Shown piece by piece: positions 8,382 to 17,272 of a stretch of DNA of 35,231 nucleotides. The stretch comes from Kiritimatiellia bacterium. Lineage in GTDB: Bacteria; Verrucomicrobiota; Kiritimatiellia; RFP12; UBA1067. Each line of letters opens with the position of its first letter. Position 1 is the stretch's first letter. Made by a program: the position numbers and the translations under genes. The stretch spans positions 1 to 35,231 of the forward strand of contig JAKSOX010000002.1 in NCBI GenBank assembly GCA_024405335.1. The letters run 5' to 3'. Under the pieces are notes generated by a model. That model was not told the DNA's origin, made no database searches, and saw only the letters and a program-made list of their open reading frames with translations.

Positions 8382-9458
8382 ATGAAGAGTATGCTTTTCG
8401 TTTCGTTTGTTTTCGCCGGGGCGGTTTGCTTCGGCGCGGAGTCGTTGACGTTGCCGGTGGCGACGGTGGCCGCGCGGGCGGACCGCCGCGCGTTGACGTA
8501 CCCGGGGCGCGTCGTTTCCGTTGCGCGCGTGGACGTGGTGCCGCAGGTGTCGGGCGAAATCCTCGAGGTGTGTTTCGCGAACGGCGCCGTGGTGAAGGCG
8601 GGCGACGTGCTCTACCGCATTGACCCGGTCCAGTACGAAGCGGCGGTGAAAAACGCGGAGTCCAAGCTGGCCGAGTGCAAGGCGAGCGCGCAATACGCCG
8701 AGCTTTCGTACGGGCGCCACAGCAAACTGCTGGACACGCGCGCCGTCTCCGCCGATTCGGTGGACAACGCGCTTTCGCAGCGCGACTCCCTGCGCGCGGC
8801 GCTGGCGGCGGCACAGGCCGATCTCGTGGCCGCGCGGGACGACCTGAAGCACTGCACGATCGTGGCGCCGATCGCGGGCAAGCTGGGCAGCACCACGAAA
8901 ACCAAGGGCAACTACACGGTGAAGGGCGGCGAAACGCTGGTGACGCTCGTGCAGGCGTCGCCCATCCGCGTGTGCTTCGCCATTTCCAACCGCGAATTCC
9001 TCGACTATTTCGGCGGCGTCGGCGGGCGCATCCGGGAAGATTCCGAGGTGTCGCTTTCGCTGGCGAACGGCGAGCCGTACGGCGAACGCGGCGCGGTGGA
9101 ATACGTGGACAACGAGTCCGACGACCGCACCGACACGACGCTCGTGTACGTGCTTTTCCGGAACGACGACCGCAAACTCCGCGCGGGCGGAACCGTGTCG
9201 GTGACGCTGTCGTCCAAGAACGGGTGCGCGCGTCCAGCGATTCCGCCCACCGCGATCCTGCAGGACACGCAAGGCCCCTACGTGTGGGTGTTGGACGAGA
9301 ACGGCGTCGCGTCGCGTCGGTCCGTCGCCCGCGGCGAGGCCGTCGGCGACTGGCTGTTCGTCGAGAAGGGACTCAAGGTCGGCGAACGCATCGTCGCCGA
9401 CGGCGCGCATCGCGTGAAGCGGGGAATGGTGGTGTCGCCCGCCCCGGAGGCCAGGTGA
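8382..9458 (+). CDS. RND efflux membrane fusion (periplasmic adaptor) protein, AcrA/MexA family
   Basis: Signal or anchor [19 protein letters not shown]. Lipoyl-hairpin pattern [34 protein letters not shown]...coiled coil...[15 protein letters not shown]. Its stop overlaps the start of the RND pump gene (GTGATG). Confidence 0.85.
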   Translation: MKSMLFVSFVFAGAVCFGAESLTLPVATVAARADRRALTYPGRVVSVARVDVVPQVSGEILEVCFANGAVVKAGDVLYRIDPVQYEAAVKNAESKLAECKASAQYAELSYGRHSKLLDTRAVSADSVDNALSQRDSLRAALAAAQADLVAARDDLKHCTIVAPIAGKLGSTTKTKGNYTVKGGETLVTLVQASPIRVCFAISNREFLDYFGGVGGRIREDSEVSLSLANGEPYGERGAVEYVDNESDDRTDTTLVYVLFRNDDRKLRAGGTVSVTLSSKNGCARPAIPPTAILQDTQGPYVWVLDENGVASRRSVARGEAVGDWLFVEKGLKVGERIVADGAHRVKRGMVVSPAPEAR

Positions 9459-12400
9459 TGGACGGCGGCCGTTTCGGGCGGAAGTGGCCCAGCTTGTCGC
9501 GCACGTTCATCGACCATCCGCGCGCGGCGTGGGCGATTTCGATCGTGATGACGCTGTGCGGGCTGATCTGCCTTTCGCGCATGGCGGTGGCGGAATATCC
9601 GAGCATCACTCCGGTGACGATCACGGTGTCCTGCACGTACACTGGCGCGGGCACGGAGGACCTTTCGGATTCCGTGGGCCAAATCCTCGAGGACCAGATC
9701 AACGGCGTGGACGACCTGTGGTACTACAAGTCGAACTGCAGCAACAAGGGTTCGTACAACTGCTACTGCACGTTCCGGCCGGGAATCGATTCGAACGTGG
9801 CGCTGATGAACGTGCAGAACGCCGTGAAGCGCGCGGAGCCGAAGCTGCCGAGCGAGGTTTCCGCGAACGGCATCACGGTGCGCAAGCGTCCCGAGGACCG
9901 CATGGTGATGTACTGCTTCATGACGGACGGCCGCGAGATGGACATCATGGAGCTGTCGAACTTCGTGGAGAAGCAGATGGCGGACGCGATCGCGCGCGTG
10001 GACGGCGTGGGCCAGGTGGAGACCTCGGGGCGGACGTACGCGATGCGCATCTGGCTCGATCCGATCAAGCTTTCTGGCCTGGGGCTTTCCATTTCCGAAA
10101 TCAAAAGCGCCATCGAATCGCAGAACGTGCAGGCGGCTGCCGGCACGGTGGGCGGCGAATACGCCAACCGCTACCTCACCTTCAAGCTGAACGTGAAGGG
10201 CCGGCTCAAGACGAAGGACGAGTTCGAGAACATCGTGATCCGCTCCAATCCGGACACGGGCGCGCAGATTCTGGTGAAGGACGTCGCGCGCGTGGAGCTG
10301 GGATGCAAGGGCTACACGATCCGTTCGCGCTTCAACGACAACCCCGTGGTGTACCTGGAGGTGTACAAGTCGCCCGAAGCGAACTCCGTGGAGACGGCTG
10401 GCCGCGTGAAGCGCGAAATCGAAAAGTGGATCGCGCGCATGCCCGCTGGCGTGGAAGGGGTGTTGGCGGACGATTCGACGGCGTTCACGCTGGTGTTCCT
10501 CAAGGAGACGTTCAAGACGCTGCTGGTCGCGCTGCTGCTGGTGGTGGCCATCACCTACCTCTTCCTGCAGGACTGGCGCGCGACGTTCGTGCCGGCGATC
10601 GCGATTCCGATTTCGCTGTGCGCCACTTTCGCGGTGTTGTATCCGCTGGGCTACACGGTGAACGTGCTCACGATGTTCGGGCTCATTCTGGTGATCGGTT
10701 CGCTCGTGGACGACGCGATCGTGGTGGTGGAGAACTGCCAGGCGCTCATGCTGCGCGAAGGGCTTTCCGCCAAAGAGGCCGCGATGAAATCCATGACGCA
10801 GATCACGGGCGCCATCGTGGCGACGACGCTGGTGACGCTCGCGTGCTACCTGCCGCTGGTGTTCTATTCGGGCATGGTGGGGCTGATGTACGCGCAGTTC
10901 GCCGTGGCGATGTGCGTGGCGCTGTGCTTTTCCACCGTGGTGGCGATCGTGCTGTCGCCCGTGCTGTGCGCGTACATGCTCAAGCCGCCGCGCGCGAAGG
11001 CGCGGCTCGTGTTCCGTCCGTTCAACGCCGGCCTCGAACTTTCCCGCCGCTGCTATCTCGCGTTCGTGCGCTTCTTCGCGCGGCGCGCGCTGATCACGCT
11101 GCTGCTGTTCGCGGCCGTCGGCGCCGGGTTGTGGCACGTCTCCGGCAAGGTGCCCACGACGTTCCTGCCGAAGGAGGACCGCGGCTACGTCAGCTGGTAT
11201 TGTCGGCTGGCGGAAGGGCAGTCCCTGGACCGCACGATCGACGTGGTGGACGCATTTCACGACCGCGTCGCGAAGATCCCGGGCGTGATGTCGATGTCCT
11301 CGCGCTGCGGATCGAACGGCATGTGGGGCTCGGGCGAGAACCTCGGCGGCGGTTTGATCCGCCTGGACCACTGGGACGAACGGCGCACGGACGACCTGAA
11401 GATCGACGCGGTGATGGCGCGCCTGAAGGCGGCGGCGGCGGATCTGTACGCGGCGGAATTCGTGTTCACGCAGCCGGCGGCGATCAAGGGCCTCGGCGGG
11501 TCGTCCGGCGTGGGGTTCAACTTCTGTTCCGTGGACGGCTGCACGCCCGAGGAGCTGCTCGCCGCCGTGGACGGCGTGGTGGACGCGCTGAAGACGAACA
11601 AGCTCGTGAAAAGCGCGGTGCACGGGTTCACCTGTTCGACGCCGCAGCTCGAGCTCGTGCTCGACCGCCGGAAGGTGGAACTGCTCGGGCTCACGCCGAA
11701 GACCGTGTTCGCGACGCTCCAGAACAAGCTCGCCTCCTACTACGTGAACGACTTCAACATCAAGCGCGGCGTGTACCAGGTGAAACTCCAGAACGATCCC
11801 GACTACCGCGCCGGCGTCGCCGACGTGCTCGCGATCCAGGTGACGACGCCCGCGGGCGAATCGGTGCCGTTGTCGTCGCTGGGCACGCTCGAGTACGTGG
11901 GCGGCACGCGCGAAACGATGAGCTACAACAAGATGCTCGCGGCGTGGTGCGACGTGACGCCGGCGGACGGCGTGCCGTCGTCGGACGTGATGCGGCTGAT
12001 CGAATCGACGCCGATGCCGAAGGGGTTCGCCGTGGAGTGGGGGCCGGTGCAGCTGCAGGAAAAGGAAAACGAGGGCCGTCTGCTGTGGCTCATGGCGGCC
12101 GCGCTCGTGTTCGCGTACCTGTTCCTCGTGGCGCAGTACGAAAGCTGGACGATTCCCCTGTCCGTGATGCTTTCGGTGCTGTTCGCGGTGGCGGGCGCGT
12201 TTCTGGGGCTGTGGCTCGCGCACGTGCCGCTTTCCATCTACGCGCAGCTCGGCTGCGTGATGCTGATCGGCCTGGCGGCGAAGAACGCCATTCTGATGGT
12301 GGAGTTTTCGAAGCAGGAGCGCGAGGCGGGCAAGAGCGTGTTCGACGCGGCGCTTTCCGGCGCGTCGCTGCGCTACCGCGCGGTGCTGATGACGGCGTGG

Positions 12401-12580
12401 AGCTTCATCATCGGCGTGGCGCCGCTCGTGTTTGCGGACGGCGCGGGCGCGGCGTCCATGCGCGGCATCGGCGTGTGCACGGCCAGCGGCATGCTGGCGG
12501 CGACGTTCGTGGGCATCGTGTTCGTGCCGGCGCTGTACGCGGCGTTCCAGCGGATGCGCGAATTCGCGCATCCGGCGTGA
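9458..12580 (+). CDS. RND multidrug/hydrophobe-amphiphile efflux transporter, AcrB/HAE1-like inner-membrane permease
   Basis: 1040 aa. N-terminus [23 protein letters not shown]...[15 protein letters not shown]4 signature [13 protein letters not shown] (Asp-Asp at 10709-10714). Twelve-TM, two-large-loop layout. The ATG at 9458 shares one base with the adaptor stop codon; an in-frame GTG at 9455 is the alternative start. Confidence 0.9.
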   Translation: MDGGRFGRKWPSLSRTFIDHPRAAWAISIVMTLCGLICLSRMAVAEYPSITPVTITVSCTYTGAGTEDLSDSVGQILEDQINGVDDLWYYKSNCSNKGSYNCYCTFRPGIDSNVALMNVQNAVKRAEPKLPSEVSANGITVRKRPEDRMVMYCFMTDGREMDIMELSNFVEKQMADAIARVDGVGQVETSGRTYAMRIWLDPIKLSGLGLSISEIKSAIESQNVQAAAGTVGGEYANRYLTFKLNVKGRLKTKDEFENIVIRSNPDTGAQILVKDVARVELGCKGYTIRSRFNDNPVVYLEVYKSPEANSVETAGRVKREIEKWIARMPAGVEGVLADDSTAFTLVFLKETFKTLLVALLLVVAITYLFLQDWRATFVPAIAIPISLCATFAVLYPLGYTVNVLTMFGLILVIGSLVDDAIVVVENCQALMLREGLSAKEAAMKSMTQITGAIVATTLVTLACYLPLVFYSGMVGLMYAQFAVAMCVALCFSTVVAIVLSPVLCAYMLKPPRAKARLVFRPFNAGLELSRRCYLAFVRFFARRALITLLLFAAVGAGLWHVSGKVPTTFLPKEDRGYVSWYCRLAEGQSLDRTIDVVDAFHDRVAKIPGVMSMSSRCGSNGMWGSGENLGGGLIRLDHWDERRTDDLKIDAVMARLKAAAADLYAAEFVFTQPAAIKGLGGSSGVGFNFCSVDGCTPEELLAAVDGVVDALKTNKLVKSAVHGFTCSTPQLELVLDRRKVELLGLTPKTVFATLQNKLASYYVNDFNIKRGVYQVKLQNDPDYRAGVADVLAIQVTTPAGESVPLSSLGTLEYVGGTRETMSYNKMLAAWCDVTPADGVPSSDVMRLIESTPMPKGFAVEWGPVQLQEKENEGRLLWLMAAALVFAYLFLVAQYESWTIPLSVMLSVLFAVAGAFLGLWLAHVPLSIYAQLGCVMLIGLAAKNAILMVEFSKQEREAGKSVFDAALSGASLRYRAVLMTAWSFIIGVAPLVFADGAGAASMRGIGVCTASGMLAATFVGIVFVPALYAAFQRMREFAHPA

Positions 12581-12613
12581 AGAATGCCTTCTCCTCGGAC
12601 GCCGTGGAATACG

Positions 12614-12665
12614 ATGAAAATATTTGAAAAATGGGCTTGCGGACGATTGCCCGTTGTGTTATACT
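12614..12665 (+). promoter_or_regulatory. tRNA-Ala promoter: AT-rich UP-like block, -35 TTGCGG, 17-nt spacer, extended -10 TGtTATACT
   Basis: ATGAAAATATTTGAAAAATG at 12614-12633, TTGCGG at 12637-12642, TGt at 12657-12659 and TATACT at 12660-12665. The predicted start is about 14 nt before the mature tRNA 5' end. Confidence 0.55.
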
Positions 12666-12685
12666 ACGCGCCGTTTTCACCACTT

Positions 12686-12761
12686 GGGGAAGTAGCTCAG
12701 TTGGTAGAGCATCACGTTCGCAACGTGGGGGTCGAGAGTTCGAATCTCTTCTTCTCCACCA
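12686..12761 (+). tRNA. tRNA-Ala (anticodon CGC), CCA encoded
   Basis: Hand-folded 76-nt cloverleaf. Acceptor GGGGAAG/CTTCTCC includes the G3:U70 alanine identity pair. D arm GCTC-AGTTGGTA-GAGC. Anticodon arm TCACG-TTCGCAA-CGTGG. T arm GAGAG-TTCGAAT-CTCTT. Discriminator A followed by CCA. Confidence 0.93.
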
Positions 12762-12768
12762 TTTGATG

Positions 12769-12811
12769 AAAAGCGGCAGTTGCCTGGTACGTTTGGGCAC
12801 GCCGCTTTTTT
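12769..12811 (+). terminator. rho-independent terminator after tRNA-Ala
   Basis: AAAAGCGGC (12769-12777) pairs with GCCGCTTTT (12801-12809). An inner TGCC/GGCA pairing is possible. A run of 6 T follows. Confidence 0.7.
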
Positions 12812-12852
12812 GTTGTCTTCAAAGCGTTCGTGCTACACATTTTTAGCGGAAA

Positions 12853-12861
12853 TGGTATAAT
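12853..12861 (+). promoter_or_regulatory. extended -10 promoter box TGgTATAAT for the five-gene stator-like operon
   Basis: TG-G-TATAAT lies about 40 nt after the tRNA terminator and 31 nt before the ATG at 12893, which has AGGAGG at 12881-12886. Confidence 0.5.
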
Positions 12862-12892
12862 TGGCGGTGATCAAGTTCAAAGGAGGTCGGGA

Positions 12893-13579
12893 ATGAGACT
12901 CAAGGCGAAGACGATTACGGCGATGGCGCTGGCGTTCTGGGGAACGCTGGCTTTCGCGTGCGCGTTGGCGTTCGTCAACAACGTCGTGGTGATATCGAGG
13001 TGGTGGGCCGCGTTCGCGGCGTGCGGCGGCGATTCGTCGCAAATGCCCAAGGAAATCGTGGGCTGGGGCGCGTGGATCGACTGGTCCGCCGTGGACTATT
13101 CCGCCGTTTCCACGTTCATTCCGCTTTTCGGATGCCTGTGCGTGGTGAAGGGGCTGCTGGGCATTCTCTTCGAGCGCAAGGCCGATCCCACGCACTTCCC
13201 GTTTTTCGCGGCGGCGGACCAGCTGAACGTCGCGCTCGGCCTCGTGGGCACGCTGTGGGGCATCATCGTCATCGGCTACTTCCAGCTCGACAAGGTTTCC
13301 ATGTACGACCTGATGCACTGCCTGCACACCGCGCTCTTTTCGACGCTGGTGGCGGTGGTGTGGGTGTTCGTCGTGGACCATCCGATCGTGCGTCCGATGC
13401 TGCAGGGGCTGCTCGCGAAGAACAACCTCGACGAGCCGGTCGAGTCGGACGTGCTGGCGGCGGTGGAGAAACTCACGCACAATCTCGTCCAGGCGGCCGC
13501 CGAAACGAAGCGCATGGGCGACGACATCCGCGAAATCAACGCGAAGATGGAAAAGATCCGCGACATCCTCAAGGCCTGA
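12893..13579 (+). CDS. divergent MotA/TolQ/ExbB-family proton-channel-like membrane protein (228 aa) with a short C-terminal coiled coil
   Basis: Start at MRLKAK with a strong SD; the track ORF begins at 12830. It has four hydrophobic helices. The last two carry LGLVGTLWGI (13235-13264) and HTALFSTLVAVV (13325-13360), resembling the TolQ/ExbB signature helices (LGLxGTVxGI ... AEALxATAxGL) with similar Thr-to-Thr spacing. The C-terminal ~55 aa are heptad-like (VEKLTHNLVQAAAETKRMGDDIREINAKMEKIRDILKA). Confidence 0.5.
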   Translation: MRLKAKTITAMALAFWGTLAFACALAFVNNVVVISRWWAAFAACGGDSSQMPKEIVGWGAWIDWSAVDYSAVSTFIPLFGCLCVVKGLLGILFERKADPTHFPFFAAADQLNVALGLVGTLWGIIVIGYFQLDKVSMYDLMHCLHTALFSTLVAVVWVFVVDHPIVRPMLQGLLAKNNLDEPVESDVLAAVEKLTHNLVQAAAETKRMGDDIREINAKMEKIRDILKA

Positions 13580-13582
13580 GCC

Positions 13583-14320
13583 ATGACCGCATCCGACAAA
13601 GCCGTGTTGCTCCGCCTGGCTGGCGGCAGGTCCCGGGCGGGGGCGTCAGTGGACGATCTCCAGGGACTGCTGCTGCAGATCACGCTCGCGATCATGGTGA
13701 TTTTCATCATCGCGTTCTTCATCTTCCGCGAGAAGGCCACGCGCGACGCGCAAAGCGCCGAGCAGGCGCGCCAGGAGGAAGTGCTGAAGCTGAATCTGCA
13801 GAAGCTCACGCTGGCGGCGGACCGCGTGGAGCAGGAGCGCCGCGCGCGCTACGGGCTTGGCGTGAAGGCGGCGGACGTGGTCCAGGGCGGCGCGCTGACG
13901 GCGGCGCCCACGGTGCGCGAGGCGTTCGTGTCCGGCGCGAAGTCCGCGCGCGCGGACTTCGCGGACGCCTCGAAACTGGCGGCCGAATGGCGCGCGGGCG
14001 TCCTGGCGGCGGCGGAACTCGGCGCGGACGCGCTGGGCGAGGACGAGCGCGCCTGGCTCGCGAAGCGCGTGGAAAAGGACGTCGCCTCCGTCCGCGCGGA
14101 CGTGGTGCTGCTGCAGCGGAATTGCGCCACGGCGTTCCAGATCGCCTGGCTCGCCAACCCCAAGTCCATCGGCGACTCCGAACTCGCCGGGCTCGTCGGG
14201 CGGCTCAAAGGCGCCGACGACCAGACGCGCCTCATGCTCGCCACGGAAATTTCCGCGGCGCTCAAGGAGCGCAGCTTGAAACGGCTCGAGGAACTCACCG
14301 GCGCGGAGGTGCTGCCATGA
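13583..14320 (+). CDS. MotB/TolR/ExbD-like single-pass membrane protein (245 aa) with an all-helical periplasmic region and no OmpA-type domain seen
   Basis: Begins 3 nt after the upstream stop. Short N-terminal cytoplasmic segment, then Asp-Asp (13652-13657) directly before the only TM helix, LLLQITLAIMVIFIIAFFIF. This matches the position of the essential Asp in MotB/TolR/ExbD. The remainder is Ala/Glu/Arg-rich and predicted helical or coiled coil. Confidence 0.4.
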   Translation: MTASDKAVLLRLAGGRSRAGASVDDLQGLLLQITLAIMVIFIIAFFIFREKATRDAQSAEQARQEEVLKLNLQKLTLAADRVEQERRARYGLGVKAADVVQGGALTAAPTVREAFVSGAKSARADFADASKLAAEWRAGVLAAAELGADALGEDERAWLAKRVEKDVASVRADVVLLQRNCATAFQIAWLANPKSIGDSELAGLVGRLKGADDQTRLMLATEISAALKERSLKRLEELTGAEVLP

Positions 14321-16110
14321 AGCGCGTGGAGTCCGTTTTCTTCTTCTTTTTCGCGGCTGCGGCCGCCGCGTTCGCGCAGGAAAGCGCGTTCGACCGCACG
14401 GCGGCGGAAGGCGCCGCGCGCATCGTGCTCGCGGAACTCGCCGCCGACACGCTCACGGGCCGTGGCGTCGACGCCGCGCTGTTCGCGAAGATGCTGGAAG
14501 ACCCGGGCAAATACCGCACGTCCGCCGAAGCCGAGGCCCTGCTCAGGGCGGACTACAAGCTCGAACTCGCGACGAACTACGCCGACAAGGCGCGCCAAGT
14601 GCTGGCGCGGCTCGCCAAGCCGCACAAGACGGAAGAGGCGTTCGCGGCGGAATTCGCCGCCGCGTCCGCCGCGCTCGACGCCGCCGCGCTCGACGAGTCG
14701 GCCGCTTCGGCGTATCCAGCCGTGTACGCCGCCGCCCGCACGAACGCCTGCGCGCGGCAGGCGCGGGGACTCGTCGCGCTCGTGCGCCCCACCGAGGCGG
14801 AGGTGGACGCCCTCGACGGCGCGGAGCTGAAGAAAACGCTCACCGAGCGCCTGGTCGCCAACCAGCGGACGCCCGTGTTCGAGGAGAACGTCGCCTACGT
14901 GTCCGAACGGCTCGCCGAGCCGTTGATCGCCGACGCCGAAAACCAGCGCAAGCGCCAGGGCGAAATCGTCAAGCGCGCGCATCCCGAAGGATGGGCGCCG
15001 GAAGTGGTGGCCGGGAACCTCGTGCGCCATCTGCTGGAGCGCGTCGCGGACGACAAGGCGCGGACGAAGGAAGGCGAATGGACGTACGGCGTGTTTCCGT
15101 CCGTCACGAACAAAACGCTCGAGGCCGCCGTGGAGAAGAACGTGCTCGCGCACGTCGCCGAGTCCGTGGCGGGAGTTCCCGTGACGATCGACGAGGAGCT
15201 GGTGATCCGGGCGGTGGGCGCCGCGCCGGACAAGGCCGCGCGCAACGAGGACGCGGCGAAAACGGTGCGGCCGCAGTTCGAGGACGAACTCAAGGCGTCC
15301 GCGCTGGCGGACGCCGTCGCCGAAGCGCCGGAGCGGGAGCGCGAGGCGTTCCGCGCCTACGCCGCCGCGCGTTTGGGCCACGGCGCGGTGAAGAAGGCCG
15401 TGCAGGAGCGCACGGACCGCGAACTGACGCCGGTGATCGAGCGCGTGCGCGCGGCGTATGCGCGCGAGTTCAAGCTCGTGGACGACTGCGGCGACCGCGT
15501 CGCGAACGAAATGAAGCGGCTGATCCCCAAAGGCGAACCGCTGCCCGACGTGGCGACGCTGGAGAAGGATCTCGCGCGGATGGTGGCGGCGGGCTGGGAG
15601 TCTTCGCGCGGCGCGACGCTCTTCCCCGGCGTGAAGGAGGACGAACACCCCATCGCCATCGCGGAACTGTACGCGGACGTGTTTCCGCCGGTGAAGGCGC
15701 GCATCAAGGAAAAGGCGAAGGCGATTCTGGACGCCGTGAAGCTCGCCGGCCATTCCAAGGGCGGCGGCGGGGTGATGGGCCGGTTCACCTGCACCGTGGA
15801 ACTCAAGCGCACGGACGCGCAAATCACCGCCGACTTCCGCATGGAAGGCGCGCAGATCGAACAGATCGCGCTCGACGCCGACCCCGCCAAGTTCCGTGGC
15901 GACATCGCCGCCGCGGCCCAGAAGGCGCGCGGGCTGCTCGCGGACGCCCTCGCGAAGAAGAATCTCGGCCCCGGCATGATCCTCACGGTGGAAATCGTCG
16001 CGGACGATCTCGTCTACTACGGCGCGGCGACGGAATTCCTGCGCGCAGTCCAGGACGCGGCCGAAAAACTGGGAATCGCCGTGGAGCGCCCGGAAGGGGC
16101 GTTCAAGTGA
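14317..16110 (+). CDS. secreted 597-aa Ala-rich helical protein with a Gly-linker and ~115-aa C-terminal globular domain; function unknown
   Basis: The ATG overlaps the upstream stop (ATGA at 14317-14320). Signal peptide MKRVESVFFFFFAAAAAAFA/QE. A long Ala/Glu/Arg-rich region follows, then KGGGG (about 15757-15771), then the C-terminal segment GRFTCTVELKRTDAQITADFRMEG...DPAKFRGDIAAAAQKA. Confidence 0.7.
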   Translation: MKRVESVFFFFFAAAAAAFAQESAFDRTAAEGAARIVLAELAADTLTGRGVDAALFAKMLEDPGKYRTSAEAEALLRADYKLELATNYADKARQVLARLAKPHKTEEAFAAEFAAASAALDAAALDESAASAYPAVYAAARTNACARQARGLVALVRPTEAEVDALDGAELKKTLTERLVANQRTPVFEENVAYVSERLAEPLIADAENQRKRQGEIVKRAHPEGWAPEVVAGNLVRHLLERVADDKARTKEGEWTYGVFPSVTNKTLEAAVEKNVLAHVAESVAGVPVTIDEELVIRAVGAAPDKAARNEDAAKTVRPQFEDELKASALADAVAEAPEREREAFRAYAAARLGHGAVKKAVQERTDRELTPVIERVRAAYAREFKLVDDCGDRVANEMKRLIPKGEPLPDVATLEKDLARMVAAGWESSRGATLFPGVKEDEHPIAIAELYADVFPPVKARIKEKAKAILDAVKLAGHSKGGGGVMGRFTCTVELKRTDAQITADFRMEGAQIEQIALDADPAKFRGDIAAAAQKARGLLADALAKKNLGPGMILTVEIVADDLVYYGAATEFLRAVQDAAEKLGIAVERPEGAFK

Positions 16111-17249
16111 CGAGCGTTTCGAAGCTGCTGTTCGGAAACGACGAACCCAACGACCGCCTGCGCTACGCGGAGGGCGTCCACGGGCGTCCCGTGGTGGTGT
16201 GGAACGTCACCGCCGCCTGCAACCTCAGATGCGCGCACTGCTACGCGGCCGTGGACGCCGCGGCCGGCGCGCCGAAGGAGCTATCCACTGAAGAGGCGTT
16301 TCGCGTCGTAGACGATCTGGCCGCCTTCAAGGCGCCGGTGCTGCTTTTTTCCGGCGGCGAACCGTTTTTGCGACAGGACGTGTTCGCGCTGGCCGAGCGC
16401 GCTAAGAACGCCGGTCTGCGCGTGACCTTTTCCACGAACGGCACGCTGATCGACGACGCGAAGGCGGATCGGCTCGCGGCGCTGGGCGTGGGGTACGTGG
16501 GCGTTTCCGTCGACGGCACGGAGCAGGTGCACGATGCGTTCCGCCGCCGTCCTGGCGCGTACCGGGCGTCCCTCGCGGCGATTCGGCGGCTGCTCGCGCG
16601 CGGCGTGAAAGTGGGGTTGCGCGTGACCCTGACGCGCCACAACGTCGCGTGCATTCCCGCGCTTTTCGAACTGCTGCGCGCGGAGGGCGTGCCGCGGATT
16701 TGCCTGTACCACCTCGTCTACACGGGCCGCGGCGCGGAAATCGCCGCGAGCGATCTTTCCGCCGCAGAACGCCGCGCGGCGCTCGACGCCGTCGTGGCGG
16801 AAACGCGCAAGTGCTTCGACGCCGGCAAGCCCGTGGAAGTGCTAACGGTGGACAACCACTGCGACGGCCCGTACCTGTACGAACGCGCGTGCGCGGAAGG
16901 CCCCGGCTTCGCGCGGCGTTCGCCAGAAAGCATGCTCGCCCTGCTGAAGCTAAACGGCGGCAACGCCTCGGGCTCCGGCATCGCGTCCATTTCGTGGGAC
17001 GGCACGGTTTTCCCGGACCAGTTCTGGCGGAACCGTCCCGTCGGGAACGTGCGCGCGAAGCCGTTTTCGGAAATCTGGGGCGATCCGCCGCCCGGCTCGC
17101 TGCTCGCGCAGTTGCGCGAACGTCGGCCGCTGCTGCCGGAAAAGTGCCGGGCCTGCAAATGGCTTTCCGCGTGCAACGGCAATTTCCGCGCGCGCGGAGA
17201 AGCGGTCGCGGGCGACGCGTGGGGCATGGATCCAGCGTGCTATTTGTGA
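16107..17249 (+). CDS. radical SAM / SPASM-domain enzyme, NirJ/AhbC/AhbD-like
   Basis: The GTG start overlaps the upstream stop (GTGA at 16107-16110). CxxxCxxC motif CNLRCAHC at 16218-16241 in the context RPVVVWNVTAACNLRCAHCY. LLFSGGEPFLRQD is present. C-terminal Cys-rich SPASM-like tail GNVRAKPFSEIW...CRACKWLSACNGNFRARGEAVAGDAWGMDPACYL. Confidence 0.75.
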   Translation: MTSVSKLLFGNDEPNDRLRYAEGVHGRPVVVWNVTAACNLRCAHCYAAVDAAAGAPKELSTEEAFRVVDDLAAFKAPVLLFSGGEPFLRQDVFALAERAKNAGLRVTFSTNGTLIDDAKADRLAALGVGYVGVSVDGTEQVHDAFRRRPGAYRASLAAIRRLLARGVKVGLRVTLTRHNVACIPALFELLRAEGVPRICLYHLVYTGRGAEIAASDLSAAERRAALDAVVAETRKCFDAGKPVEVLTVDNHCDGPYLYERACAEGPGFARRSPESMLALLKLNGGNASGSGIASISWDGTVFPDQFWRNRPVGNVRAKPFSEIWGDPPPGSLLAQLRERRPLLPEKCRACKWLSACNGNFRARGEAVAGDAWGMDPACYL

Positions 17250-17272
17250 GACCGGAATCTGGAGGATCGATC

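Noticed and set aside
9278-12571. 1097-aa minus-strand ORF and the 1047-aa + strand off-frame ORF (9484-12627) over the RND pump gene
   Set aside because: Both overlap a bona fide AcrB-like gene. Both are His/Arg/Gly-rich low-complexity translations without motifs, so they are compositional artefacts.
12408-12800. 130-aa minus-strand ORF (contains ...RDSNSRPPRCERDALPTELLPQ...); likewise 34489-35205 (MLYQLSYS...)
   Set aside because: These are classic antisense read-throughs of tRNA genes (tRNA-Ala at 12686-12761, tRNA-His at 35178 onward), not proteins.
14335-14375. Pyrimidine-rich run (gttttcttcttctttttcgcggctgcggccgccgcg) as a slippery or phase-variable repeat
   Set aside because: It simply encodes the FFFFFAAAAAA hydrophobic core of a signal peptide. 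There is no long homopolymer or perfect short tandem repeat likely to slip.
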